Made by a program: the position numbers and the translations under genes. Positions 16,870 through 30,051 of a stretch of 64,000 bases of DNA are shown here, in pieces; the stretch's first letter is position 1, and the number at the start of each line of letters is the position of its first letter. Below the pieces are notes generated by a model. The model saw nothing but the letters and a program-made list of their open reading frames with translations, searched no databases and was not told the origin of the DNA. Source of the stretch: the human T2T-CHM13v2.0 reference genome, Homo sapiens; the NCBI RefSeq assembly GCF_009914755.1, contig NC_060927.1. One strand, given 5' to 3'.

Positions 16870-17448
16870 AGTTATTAAGCTGTAGTATCTCAGCTCTAAA
16901 CTGACCCTTTTGTACTCTGCTCTTTGATGCTGCTGCTGGAACTCTAGAAACCACAACTTTTCTTTGCAAGCTGAATGATTCCTGTTAGATTCTATCAAGA
17001 GGAACTCCAGAGGGAGGCTGAAAGGCAGGGGGCGGTTGATGGGATTTGTTCCTTCCCGTTTGCTTGCTGTTCCTATTAGTATGAGCTCTTCCCCTTGAAG
17101 TAGCAATTGGTTTCAGGAGCAGTAGTTTCCAGTTTCTGTCTTCTTTCAGCACGCCCAGAAATACTGTCACTGCATCCCTGTGGATGTATCAGCACTGTCC
17201 AGGCAGTGCCGTCTCCTCAGAAGGGACAGACTCAGCTCCACAGAGGCTCCTCCAAGCCTCTAGGTTCCAATAGATTCAACCCCTCCTGCCTTGTTCTCTA
17301 GTCCTTGGAGTATGTGGCTTCTTCCTGCAGTGTTCCCTTGTTTGCCTTCAAGTCCTGCAACAGTTGTTTACCCAATTCCCCATATTAAATTCGCTCCATA
17401 AAAACAACTGATATGGTTCTGTTTTTCTGACTGGGCCCTCATTGATAC
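16870..17448 (+). mobile_element. ERVL LTR (LTR33/LTR41-like)
   Basis: Ends attaaattc...tggttctgtttttctgactgg...tgataca. Confidence 0.6.
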
Positions 17449-17794
17449 AAGAAACCAGACATGATGAATATCTAGGTGGAGAGCTGAGGAATAAATATTG
17501 ACCCAGGGCCATAGAGTGCTGATAATTAGAGATTGGGAGCCACAGCAATTGGAGAAGTCAGACCTAAACTCTGTTTTAAATGGGTATGTGTGTGTATTGG
17601 TGATTAAATGGAAGCCTCTGAACTGATTCTAGATACTAGAGAACTAAGGAGTGTGAAATGAAAAGCTGAAAACTATTACAAGCTACAATCATGTTACTTT
17701 CAGGATATACTAAATAATTTATATTATCATTATGATGCTTTTTATGATAATAAAATAATGATAATCCAATTATTTAGCATTATTATTAATATTA

Positions 17795-18310
17795 TTATAT
17801 CAGGTACTTTTGCTATATAATAAATGGCCCCAAAACTTGGGGCTTAAACAACCATTTATTCAGTCCATGATTCTGTGAATTGCCAATTTGTGCTAGGCTC
17901 AGTTATATGGTTCTTCCAGTTTTGGCTGGGCTCATTCTTATGTTTGCAGTTGGTCTCTAGTCAGTTACGCAGCTCTTCGAACAACTGACTGGCTGTCAGC
18001 TGGGAGAAAAGGGAAAACTGGGTCACACACTTCTCATCATCCAGTAGACTAGCCCTACCTTGTTCATATGACAGCATGGCATGGTTCCAAGAAGGAAAGA
18101 GGAAGCTGTAAGGTCATGAAAGACCTAGACTCAGAATACAACGTCACGTCTGCTGCATTCTCCCAGCCAAAGCAGTCACAGAGTGCGCCCAGATTCAAAG
18201 GATGGAGAAATAGACTCTACCTCTTAGTGGGAGGAACTGCAAAGTCACAGTGCAAAAGTACATATACAGGTAGGGGTGGAGAACTGTGACCAGTTTCACA
18301 ATCTGCCACA
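17795..18310 (-). mobile_element. MLT1 (F/G/H-like) LTR
   Basis: cccaaaactt..ggcttaaacaaccatttatt...cccagattcaaagg...atagactctacctctt...aatctgccaca. Confidence 0.75.
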
Positions 18311-20727
18311 GATATTTATTTAATTAAATACTCTTCAGATTAACTTTGTTGTAAATTTTCCATAGTTTACATAATTTATTACAAATAGTCACCTACTTAT
18401 AAGCTTACATATTTTGAAATAATTTGTTTTAAGTAGCATTTTCTTCTATACTCGAATATCCAGCAACCTAGAAATTATCACTGTGTAAAAAGGCTTATGC
18501 TAAAATTGTTTCTTGGAATAATACTCTTTTGCTCTTAGAAATCCAAGGACACCACCAGTGGTCAGATCAAATTAAGCAACAACAAGCAGAGGTGCATCCT
18601 CCTGAGAAACCAGGTGCTCTGATTTGCAACTCTAGACAGGGAGAACTTAGAGCTCTGGTTCTACAGATTGTCAGGTTTGTTCTTAATATGTTTGAAGAAT
18701 TCATCAACGTCCCTTCAAAAGGAATTTGGGTAAAATTCATCAGATCCAAAATTCCAAAAGCTAGTGTGATATTTAATTAAAAGAAGCAGTATTTAATTAA
18801 AGATGAGGTTGTTTTATTTCATTGTCCTGTTAATTATAGGAACATGTCTTTGTGTAGTGTCATGTCCACAACCACAAGAGAGGAAAGAACAAATCTGTAC
18901 ACCAGAAACAGAATTTGTATAACATGGGTGCTCCTGGGTGTTCCCAGATCAGAGCAGATGCCAAACATGTCAACTGTCTGACTGAATTCAGCCCTAAATT
19001 GTGCTGTTTTGCCAACTCAGATTTCTTTTAAAATCCTTAGTGTGAATTATGTTGGGTGAATCATAGCCCAAGTGGATAGGTCTACCATTCCACCTCTCTG
19101 CTTTGACTCCTAATAATCAATTTACAGGTTGATGTGATCTACCTGATTCCTGTAGGCAGGCAAATTTTTGACCCTTGTCTTAGAGTTTTCTGTAGTAATC
19201 TTTCCTTTAATCCCCAAATAGAACTATTTGAGAGTATTTGTGACATCCTGGGGGAAGCACCTTAGTGTTATCCCTAGAGTCTCTGAGTATGCTAGGCTAT
19301 ATTGCATATGACAAATTAACTATGCCAAAGTACAATGTCAGAAGTTATAGTTTCTAGAACTCTATCAGCCGTTCCTTAGAGAAGGGAGTTTCTGAGCTTA
19401 TGTAATTGGCTGGGTGTCTCTTCTGTCCCATTTTCTGGCATTTCTTTTCTCTGTCCTCTACTGCATCCATTGACTGCTTCCCCACTCCATCTCCTGCCTC
19501 TAAGCTTTAGTAACTTTAATATACAAATTTAGTCAACTTAGTTCTTTCTAGATTTAACTCTTTAATTCTTGATAATGCAGGAAGAGTAAGGACTGTTTAC
19601 CTTACCACCCCCAAAAAACAAGCAGTGATTCTTAAACAAACAAAACTCAACTGCTCTGAAGTGAATTATTCTATTTCCCAGCAATTAGTGATGGTTTTAA
19701 TAAATAGTTCACCCCTTTCCACCCCATAGTTGTCTCAGTGACATAAAAGTTGCTTAATCCAACCCCTTGAGTTAAACTCAGAAGATAAAATCTGAGTTAC
19801 CACCCATCCTGCTCAATGATCAAGGACATATTTCTTGCTGGTGTAAATGTCAAATAGTATAAAAAGAATTCAAGAACTCATAAGGGAAAGAAATTCAGAA
19901 CTCCTTTACGTTAGCGGTAGGTCTCCAGACTGGGCAAAAAGGATTAAAGATGACTGGTATCTAGACCAGAAAGGGTACAATAAGAGAAAAGATGTCCAGG
20001 AACATTCTTCTTTTGCCCTGACCCTCCTCAAGCCTTTCTGTAATACTTTCCTCTTCATCATCAATTTCTTGTTCCTGAGTTCTCCACGCAAGGATTAACC
20101 TCCTGCAGTGACCTCTTTGGGGATATACACCTGTTCTTTTTTGTCCTTTTTATGCACTGCCTGATGGCATCTCCTTTCCCCTCATTTACAGTAATTCTCT
20201 CTTTTTTTAACTGCTTCTTTAGCCCTTAGGCGCATCTCTTCCCTCCTCCCACCTTTTCCTCCCCTCAGGACCCTCCCACATGCTTCTTTCTCTCTACACT
20301 ATTTGTCATCAAAAAGGCCCCTTCATTCCTTTGAGAGAAAAGAGTGGTGATTATCTGTGGTACATTTTCATAAAGGGAAGAAAAGAAAGACTGGGGGGAA
20401 AAAAGCCTGTTTCAGCAACTTCTCACATTCCTGAAAATTCCTAGAAATTCCCTGACAACCTAAGTTCTATTGAGACTCAAGGTAAACCCTGCTTTTTTGT
20501 TTGTATTTTTTTTCCCTGTTATATTTTGTCCCTATAGAGTGATAGTAAAATTCTGTAGAGGGTTTTTCTAGAAACACTTAGTATTTTAATTACCTGATGG
20601 GTTACATAAGCTTTGTGGATTGTAACAACATCTCTAAGATATTTTCTACAAAAACATATTTTTTGACTTCCAAACTCATTTCCAAAATTTTTTTTGAAAA
20701 GTCTAGTTATAAGTCAGGGACATCCTC

Positions 20728-21075
20728 ATGTTAGGCTAGATTCCCAAGAAGCAGAGTCTGAGACAAAAATTCAGGCTAAACTGATTTATTAGGATGTGTT
20801 GTCGGGTAAAAACAGGAAGAGAGTGGAGATGGGCACCAGGAAGGGAAGGAGGGGAAGCAAATGTGTCTCCTATCAGTCATTGGCTATGTGCTGTTCTCAA
20901 AAGGGTAAAAATCCTCAGGCACTTTGGCCTCAGGCAAAGTGGGTTCTAAGTAGACTGAGGGAGTCCTCTGAAAAGAGGCAGGAGTTCTAGCTGCTGGGCG
21001 GAAAGCATCCAAGTAAAGCAGAATAATGATAATGGATTTGAGGGGATATTCACAGAGCACCAACAATGTCTGGTA
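20728..21075 (-). mobile_element. Old ERVL-type LTR
   Basis: ttcccaagaagcagagtctgagacaa...tgatttatt motif. Confidence 0.5.
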
Positions 21076-21269
21076 CTGTCTGGCACTTTCGTTATTCAGT
21101 GTTTTGCAGGTGTTTGCTCTGGTGTATTTAACGGATGAATGAGTTTGGCTGCCTGGATATAATCACTGTAAAGAAATAAGATCATCTCTTCTCATTTGTC
21201 TCCAAAGTGTTCTACAGGTTTTAAATGTCTTTACTTTCTGTTTTTCTTCTTTCCCTCCTTATTTTTTGT

Positions 21270-21470
21270 AAATAATAAAATAATAGCTAACATTAATGGG
21301 GTGCTTAATATTGCCAAGTACTCATTTGATTTTGTTCACAGGGCGCTTCATTTGCTCCAGATATTTTATTTAATCCTCATAACAGCCTCCTTCTCAGATT
21401 AGTAGTATTGTTATTCCCATTTTTAACTGAGAGTTGTAAACAGATTAACAAGCTAATAAGTAAATGTGAT
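21270..21470 (-). mobile_element. MIR SINE
   Basis: ataatagctaacatt...taatcctcataacagcc...attcccatttt. Confidence 0.6.
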
Positions 21471-21626
21471 TTGACTTTTCCCTCTTCTCTCCTCCCAGAC
21501 CCTCTACTTCTCAGCCTCTTTTCATTTCTACACACACAGACACAGGCACACACACACATACACACAGTGATTTTAATATCCATTCATTTTAATGGGAGTT
21601 GCTTGCAGATATCAAGTCTCAGTTGG

Positions 21627-22016
21627 TTATCAGGGAGAGAGTAAGCTGCCCTGGTTAAAATAACACTGTGCAGCAGAACAGAAAATAAGATGTCACGGCA
21701 AACTAAACATCTTCACTTTCAACATATGAAGGAGCTGCCTAAGTGTAGACTTGAGCTGGCCAGAAGGTGCCAAAGTCTTCAGCAGAAGCCAGGTATTGGT
21801 GAATTTTACCCACTTGTTCACCTGAACCCCAAGGAAGCCTAACACATGGGACAGGGAAGCCGGGCTTCCTCCCTCTGGTCAGACCTAGGCCCCTCTATGC
21901 TCCAGTCAACTTAGATATTTGTCCAGAAAGTGAAGATGTTTAGTTTGCCATGACATCTTATTTTCTGTTTCACTGCACAATGCTATTTTCACCAGGGCAA
22001 CCAAGCTCTCTGATAA
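21627..22016. repeat. Inverted repeat, ~90-bp arms (21627-21720 / 21926-22016), ~205-bp spacer
   Basis: aacagaaaataagatgtcacggcaaactaaacatcttcactttc matches the reverse complement of 21926-21969 at 43/44. Confidence 0.95.
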
Positions 22017-23002
22017 ACTTTGAGAACATTTGAGCCAGCTTGACAGTGAAAAGACTCAGTGCACTCTGAGTTTTATATATTTATTTATTTCACTTTATTT
22101 TATGTTTAGTATGACTGAGTAACCAGTGCAATAAAAAAAAGGGGGGTGGTGGGAAACCAGTGCGGATCGTATAATAAAGCAGCCCTGGTTACTGCAGACC
22201 GTATCCCAACAGTTCCAATATTCCTTTCAAAGAACAGATTCTTAACACCGATAGATTACGTGTGATGGGCAGCCGGTATTTCACCTCAAATCGCGTTATG
22301 GCTCTGAATAGAAACAAGCAAGAGTGTACCTTTTCAGATAGGCAGAAGGCACATGCTTCCCAAGACTGCTTTCACCAGGCAATGCAGAAGCAGTAAGAAA
22401 AGACTTGAGGAAGAGCTCTAGCCTAACTAGCACAGAAACAAAAGCATCAAAAACTGCAACCAGCCTCCTTTCTTGGGAGCTAGCAGTATTTCCAGGGATG
22501 TGGCAGGAATCAAAGCAAGCCAACTTCACCACTCAGTGTCTGTATTTTCACTACCTGTGTGGGTGGTCCCCCTTGGTGTCTCCCACTTTTGCTTCTGGTT
22601 TTTAGAGGGTTTTGTTTCACTTCCTATTTTATTTAGGAGAGATTGGATTTGAATTCTATTTTTACTTCCTGCCTTGCAGTCTGCAGACTGGATAATGCGA
22701 GAATCAAGAAACCTTATAATTGGAAGAGGCTTGGGAAGTCATTGGGCATAAATCCCATCCAATGCAACAATTCTTCTCCTTGAATACATGTAATGATGAT
22801 GATCTCAGTACTGTATGTATCAGCCTGTGAAATTATGGAACAGTATTTTCCTTCGTAGAGTTTTTACTTGTATGCTTTGTTTGAATTTTCTTTGTCCTAG
22901 ATATGTCTTCTTATAGTTTTACCCCTTTAACTCTTGTGACACTATTAATATTGCCAGCTCCAAAATGACACCACCGTCTTCTTCTAAAGTTTTTAGCACT
23001 TC

Positions 23003-23840
23003 TTTTTTGGATTGAATCGTGTCCCCTCAACATTCATGTGTTGAAATCCTAACCCCCAGTGCCTCACAATGTGATATATCTGGAGATAAGGCCTTTAAAG
23101 AGAGACTAAGTGAAAACAGGACCATTATGATAGGCTCCAGTTGAATCTGACTGGTGTTCTTAAAAGAGGAAATTTGGACACAAAAGGAGACACCAGAGGT
23201 AGGTGCATGCAGAGCAAAGATTACATGAGGACATGGCAGGAAAACAGCCACCTGCAAGCCCAGGAGAAAGGCCTCTGGTATGGTTTGGATGTTTGTTCCC
23301 CTCAAAACTCATGTTGAAATATGATCCCCAATGTTGGAGGTAGGGCCTGGTAGGAGTTATTTTGGTCATAGGAATGGATGAATGGCTTGGCGCTCTCCTC
23401 ATGGTAATGAGGGCGTCCTCGCTCTGAGTTCATGTGAGATCTGGTTGTTTAAAAGAGTGTGGCACTTCCCCCTCTTTGTCTTCCTCCTGCTCTTGCCAGA
23501 CAATACATCAGCTCCCCCTTTGCCTTCCACCATTAATGAATGAATGATTGTAAGCTTCCTGAGGCCTCACTAGAAGCCAAGCAGATGCCAACACCATGCT
23601 TCCTGTCCACCCTACAGAACCATGAGCCAATTAAACCTCTTTTCCTTATAAATTACTCAGTCTTAGGTATTCCTTTACAGCAACACAAGAATGGACTAAC
23701 ACAGCCTCAGAATAAACCAAACCTGCTGATACCTCGATCTTGGACTTCTAGCCTCCAAAATTGTGAGAAAATAAATTTCTGTTGGTTAAGTCACCCAGTC
23801 TGTGGTATTTTGTTATAGCAGCCCTAGCAAACTCATATAA
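23003..23840 (+). mobile_element. MLT1A/B-type LTR split by an MST LTR
   Basis: Halves 23003-23275 and 23704-23840. Confidence 0.8.
23276..23703 (+). mobile_element. MSTB-like solo LTR nested in MLT1
   Basis: tggtatggtttgg...gactaacaca with TSD gcctc. Confidence 0.9.
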
Positions 23841-24315
23841 TTTCCAGGTCAGAATTGAATCCAGACCAAAAGTTCTTCTTTGCTTTATCCTCAGAGAAGA
23901 AACTGTTATTAAAACAATTAAAAATTAATCAGTCCATACATCCAGTATGATAAGACTTCCATCATGAATGCTATTTCTAATAGATGTACCTAGAGTTGAA
24001 GTTTCCATTCACTGATTCATCAGCAAATACTTATTCAGCACCTGTTATAGATCAGGCCCTGCACTAGGCACTGAGACTTCAAAGATGAATATTAAAATTT
24101 ACACATGAGTATACAGTGGCATTACATTTTAACAAATGTCACTCTGGAAGAACGAGGTAGCAGATGGGTGACCAGTTAACTCCTCGGGAGTAGGGAGAAA
24201 GAGAACAGAGAAGTGATGGCATAGAACAATGACTAGGAGTTTGCCACTGTGCAACAGTAGGAAGAGCTTCTCGGGTGTGTGTGATGGGAAATAAACCCAG
24301 AAAAATCAGGTAGGG

Positions 24316-24672
24316 TGATATGTTTTGGCTGTGTCCCCATCCAAACCTCACCTTGAATTGCAATAATCCTCATGTGTCAAGGGCATGGCCAGGTGGAGAT
24401 AATTGAATCGTGAGGGTGGTTTCCCTCATACTGTTCTCATGGTAGTGAATAAGTCTCACAAGATCTAATGGTTTTATAAGTGGAGTTCCTCTGCACAAGC
24501 TCTCTTGCCTGCCGCCATGTAAGATGTCCCTTTGCTCTTCCTTCATCTTCCGCCATGATTGTAAGGCCTCCCCAACCATGTGGAACTGTGAGTCCATTAA
24601 ACCTCTTTCCTTTATAAATTAACCAGTCTTGGGAGTATGTCTTTATTAGCAGCATGAGAAGGGACTAATACA
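24316..24672 (+). mobile_element. THE1 solo LTR
   Basis: tgatatgttttggctgtgtcccc...gactaataca with TSD taggg. Confidence 0.95.
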
Positions 24673-24820
24673 TAGGGCTAGGTGATACACATTCTTATGG
24701 ACCTTGCTCAGGGATTTGAGTTTTATTTCCCAGGTAAGAGGCACCCACAGAAGGATTTTAAGCAGGGGACAGGGGAGTGATGTGTTTAAATTTATACTGT
24801 CACCAGTTCACATAATCTTT

Positions 24821-25090
24821 TTTTTTTTTTTGAGACAGAGTTTCACTCTGTTGCCCAGCTGGCATGATCTCAGCTCACTGCAACCTCTGGTTCAAGCAAT
24901 TCTCTACCTCAGCCTCCCAAGTAATTGGGATTACAGGCGCCCACCACCGTGCCCGGCTAATTGTCGTATTTTCAGTAGAGACGGGGTTTCACCATTTTGG
25001 CCAGGCCAGTCTTGAACTCTGACCTCGTAATCCACCTGCCTCGGCCTCCCAAAGTGCTGGGATTACAGGCGTGAGCCACTGCACCTGGCC
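24821..25090 (-). mobile_element. AluS SINE with two small internal deletions
   Basis: Reverse Alu; TSD tgtcaccagttcacatRatcttt. Confidence 0.95.
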
Positions 25091-25349
25091 TGTCACCAGT
25101 TCACATGATCTTTAAGCATCTCATTCATCCTCCATCAGCATAGGTAGACTGGGGTATATTCCCACCACAGTATTGCTTCTATTTCCCTTTTAAATATTAT
25201 TTCGCAGTCATTGTAAAAAATTTAAACAATACAGTAGTTTATAGAATTAAACGTAAAGTTTTTTTTTTGTTTTTTTTTTGCCTGCTTTTATAACCCATTC
25301 CCTTCTAGAGGCAATTTGGTGAGCATCCTTCTAGTGACCTTTGTATGCA

Positions 25350-25511
25350 CAGATGCTCCTCGACTTACCACAGGGCTACATCCTGATAAATGAATTGTAA
25401 GTCAAATATATTGTAATTAAAGATGCATTTAATATCCTGACAAACTCATTGTAAAGTCAAAAAATCATAAGTTGAACCATCTTAAGTTACTGGGCAGGTG
25501 GGTACCTCTGT
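25350..25511. mobile_element. Tigger-family MITE (MER47-like)
   Basis: cagatgctcctcgacttac terminal sequence. Confidence 0.75.
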
Positions 25512-25539
25512 ACGCATAGATAAATATGTGTCTATACAT

Positions 25540-25770
25540 GCAAGATTTTTAAATATCTAAATGAAAGCATACCATTATGACCTGCCTTTTCAGTATTCTT
25601 GGAGACCTTTTCATACCAATACTTATAGATGTTACTCTTTTTTATCAATGACATAGTATTCCTACTACCACTATATCATAATTAACTTAACCATGCCTTA
25701 TAGATGGACATTGAAGTTGTTGCCAATATTTTTCTATTAAAAATCATGAAACAATAAATATTATTGTGCA
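25540..25770 (-). mobile_element. L1ME 3' fragment
   Basis: atagtattcc...gatggacattgaagttgtt motifs. Confidence 0.6.
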
Positions 25771-25774
25771 AATC

Positions 25775-25915
25775 TTATCTCTACTTTACAAAAGAGAAAA
25801 TTGAAACTCAGAGAGCTTAAGTAAATCCTCTAAGTCACACAGTGATATGCTGCAAAACTAGTTTGGAACCTAGATCTGGCTATTCCCAAGTCTAGAAGCT
25901 TCATCTTTGTATTAT
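25775..25915 (-). mobile_element. MIR SINE
   Basis: tttacaaaagagaaaattgaaactcagagagcttaagtaa. Confidence 0.7.
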
Positions 25916-26335
25916 ACTAGCTCCATAGGTAAGCAGCTTGGACTGCAGCTTGATAGTTTTCATCTTATTTAGAAAATTTTTCAGCCACTATTTCTTTAAT
26001 TATTTTATGCCTTCTCCCATCTTTTTTCTTTCTGGGACTCCAGTAACACAATAGCAGGCCATTTAATTTTGTCTCACAACTCAATATTCTGTTCTTTTTT
26101 TAAAATATATATATATCTTTGTATGTTTTATTTTGGATACTTTCTATTGCTTTGTCTTCAAGTTCACTAATTTTTTTCTGCATTGTCTCTTCTGCTGTTA
26201 ATCTTATACAGTGTAGTTTTCATCCCAAACATTATATTTTTATCCCTAGAATTTAATTTAGATCTCTTAAAAAATCTATCATGATTGTCCTTATCATGAT
26301 CTCATTTTCTTCTACCTTCTTGAACCTACAGAGTA

Positions 26336-27010
26336 CGGTCATCCTTTCACATCCATGGGTATTAATTCCAGGACCTCTCCTAAGATACCAAACTTTCCAG
26401 ATGTTCCAGTTCCTTACATAAGTGGTTCCCAACCTTTTTGGCACCAGGGACAGATTTCACGGAAGACAATTTTTCCATGCACCCGGGGTGGGGGTGGAGT
26501 GGATGGCTTCAGAATGAAACTGTTCCAACTCAGATCATCAGATATCAGTTAGATTCTTATAAGGAGCATACAACCTAGATCCCTTGAGTGTGCAGTTCAC
26601 AATAGGGTTCATGCTCCTATGAGAATCAAATGCCACAGCTGATCTGACAGGAGGTGGAGCTCAGGCAGTAATGCTCACTCGCCCACCGCTCACCTCTGGC
26701 CATGTGGCCCAGTTCCTAGTGGACCATGGACTGGTACCAGTTCGTGGCCCGAAGTCTGGGGACTTCTGCCTCACATCAAATGGCCTAGTATTTGATATAA
26801 CCTATGCACACCCTCCCATATACATCATCTCTAGATTACTTATTATATCTAAAACAATGTAAATGCTATATAAATAGTTGTTATACTATATTTTTAAAAT
26901 TTTGTATTACTGTTCTATTGTTATTTTCTATTGTTTGAGGTTTTTGGGTGAATACTTTTGGTCCATGGTTGGTTGAATCTATGGAAGTACAACTCACAGA
27001 GGGCCAACTT
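26336..27010. mobile_element. MER2 (Tigger-type) MITE interrupted by MER1B
   Basis: ttccaggacc..gataccaaa and catctctagattactta..aatgtaaatgctat motifs. Confidence 0.85.
26420..26768. mobile_element. MER1B hAT-Charlie MITE
   Basis: ggttcccaacctttttggcaccagggac...gggacttctg; 8-bp TSD ccttacat / cctcacat. Confidence 0.9.
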
Positions 27011-27734
27011 TATAATAGTTGTCTTAATGTCTTTGTCTACTAATTCTATCACCTGTGTTGTTTCTGAATCTGTTTTTATTGACTGGATTTCCTCCTTATT
27101 ATGCATTACAGTTTCTTGCTTCTTTGCATGCCTGATAATGTTTTATTTAATGTCAAATATTGTTATTTTTATGTTTCAAGGTGCAGGATTTCTTTTTTAT
27201 CCCTTAGGTATTTTTGGTCTTTATTCTGGGACATAGTTAAATTCCTTGGAAACAATTTGATTTTCTCAAGGTTTGCTTTTAAGCTTCCTTCAGTGGGCCC
27301 AGTACACCATAATCTAGGGGCATTTTGACCCCACTCTTGAGGCCATATTCTTCAGAGGACTCTATTCAATGCTCAGTGTTTTAGGAGGGTTTTCCTCTAT
27401 GACTGATGGGAGCACAAACTATTTGTGGTCCTGTGTGAGCTACAGAAATTGTTCTGCCTGCTTCTTTCCAGTGGTTCTTTCCCTGGCCTTAGACAGTTTC
27501 CTCTGTAGATCTCTAGAGGTCTTTCTTTGTGTAGCTCTTTGTTCTCTGGTACTCTGCCCTAAAAAGTTTTACAACCTTGGTATCCCTGAATGTTGAATTG
27601 TTTCCTCGACTCGGGAAGACCACTGAACTCTGGGTTTTCCCTTCCTGTGCTGGAAACTCCAAGCAAAAAGTGGGGGCAATTATAGGACTTACCTCATTTG
27701 TTTCCCTTCTCTCAGGGATCATTGCCCAAAGAGA

Positions 27735-28090
27735 GACATTATACAAAATGGCTGACCAGTAAATACTCCTAAAGACAGCCAAGACCACCAAAAACAAGAA
27801 AAGTCTGAGAAGCTGTCACAGTCTAGAGGAGCCTAAGGAGGCTGAGTATAATATGGGATCCTGGATGGGGTTACAGGACACCAAAAGGACATTAAGTAAA
27901 ACAAAGAAAATCTGAATAAAATATGGACTTTAATGTATCAACATTAGCTCATCAGCTGTGACTAATGTATCATATTCATGTAAGACATACTGGAAATAGG
28001 AGAAATAGGTATAGGGATATACAAGACCCCTCTGTATCATCTTTGCAACTTTTCTGTAAATCTTATACTGTTCCAAAATAAATATGTTGT
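27735..28090 (+). mobile_element. L1MC/ME 3' UTR fragment
   Basis: gggatcctggat..aaaaggacatta...ctttgcaacttttctgtaaatct. Confidence 0.75.
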
Positions 28091-28529
28091 TTTTAAATAG
28101 CAATAGTAAAGCTGAAAAAACAGTCTACTTTTTAAGTATCACTATCACCTACGATTCTAAACAATTTTAGTGATAAAATTCTCCTCTCCACTGGGAACCA
28201 TGATTCCTCACACATGCATGCACGTACACGCACACACACCTGCCCCACCTCACCCTCACTGCTTCATCTTCAACCACCTCCAACCTTGGTATGCCATTGA
28301 TCACTCTAACCAATGTTAGTAAAGCAGTGGAAACGACTTCAGGTTCCTATTGCAATCAAACTTAGGCATCCACATTTCTGATACTTTAATAGGTCTGCAC
28401 TCTTTAATCCCATGCCCGGCTCATACCTGCCAATGTTTGCAACCAATCAGTCTATCAATGAGCACTAAATTCCTCAATGTGCATTGCCCATTATGATTCA
28501 CGATAAGAATTACTTGGGGTTCTGACCCA

Positions 28530-28800
28530 GAGCTGTGACTCTCAACCCTCACTGCACAGCAGCATCACGGTACAGCATTTAAAAATCCAGACCCTAGCCC
28601 AGATCAGTTACATCAGAGTCTTCAAGACAGGATGCAGCCATCAGCACTTTATTAAGCTACCTGGGTGACTCTAGAGGGCAGCCAGGGTTCAGAACTAGAC
28701 ACAGAGCTTTTCAAACACCCCCTTGGAAAGTCTGATTCAGGAAGTCTGGGATGGGGCCTGAGAACTTATTTTTTAACAAGATCTGAGGTGTTATTTTTTT
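28530..28800. mobile_element. MER5-type MITE(s)
   Basis: ctgggtgactct...gccaggg and tctgattcaggaagtctgggatggggcc motifs. Confidence 0.65.
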
Positions 28801-29006
28801 CGCCTAGAAAATTTGCTTTAAAGGACCAAATATGAAGCCATCCTTTGCCACAGCCTCTGAGTGACTCTGTGTGCAGTACTGTGCTCTCATTCATAAGTGA
28901 CTGATTTTTTTGTATCTTTTTTAAAACAAAGAAACCTTCCAAAAGGAAAAATCATAAAGGTTTGAACTTGCCATGTTAGAGTAGACCTTAAAAGAGTCTA
29001 GCTATT

Positions 29007-29300
<294 letters not shown>

Positions 29301-29641
29301 CTAGTTATCTACTTGGTCACTATAATGACCAAAGCCACCCACCCACATTTTCAAACAACCCCTAAAGGAGAAAGTAGTACTGTTCTGGCTGAGAATCCCT
29401 TGGCTGATGCTTACAACCCAGCCACAAAATCTCTACCAAGCTGACACCTACTCTAGGGACAGAAAGTTTACTATTTCCATAGGCAAGCCACTAAATCTTT
29501 GGACAGTGCTAGATAATAGAAAAATAGAAGATCTAATTTTTTTCCTTATAGGAAATGGGAGAAGCACTGGTATTCATAGAATTTCCCATCACCTCTGCCA
29601 TTCTCCTTGTTGTCTCTAAGACAGAGTAAGTGGCTTGGTGC

Positions 29642-30051
29642 TGCTATGGTCTGAATATTTGTCTCCCTGCCCCCAGAATCATATGTTGAAATCCTAACCC
29701 CCAATGTGATGATATTAGTAGATGGGACTTTTGGTAGGTGATTAGGTTATGAGGATAAAGCCTCCATAAACGGGATTGGTGCCCTTATATCTGATGGGAA
29801 AAAAAACACAATCACTTTTGCACCAACCTAATAAAAAAAACCCTGGAGAGCTCCTTTGTCCCTTCCACCATGTAAGGATGTAGGCGAGAAGACACTGTCT
29901 ATGAACCAGGAAGAGTGCCCTTACCAGACACTAAATCTGCTGGTACCTTGATCTTGGACTTCCCAGCCTCCAGGACTGTGAGAAATAAATTTCTGTTGCT
30001 TTTAAGCCACCTAGTCTATGGCACTCTGTTAGAACCCAAGCAGACTGAGAC
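29642..30051 (+). mobile_element. MLT1A0-like solo LTR
   Basis: tgctatggtctgaat...aataaatttctgttg...gactgagaca. Confidence 0.85.
29794..29833. mobile_element. Half MADE1 (Hsmar1 MITE) inside the LTR
   Basis: cacaatcacttttgcaccaacctaata is a mariner TIR. Confidence 0.8.

Larger units (their letters stand above)
25950..27730 (-). mobile_element. Ancient L1M 5'/ORF1 region, interrupted by MER2
   Basis: ttttcagccactatttct..., tcttcaagttcactaat motifs on both sides of MER2. Confidence 0.55.

Noticed and set aside
22176-22191. aagcagccctggtta resembling the inverted-repeat arm start
   Set aside because: Only ~14 nt; compatible with chance
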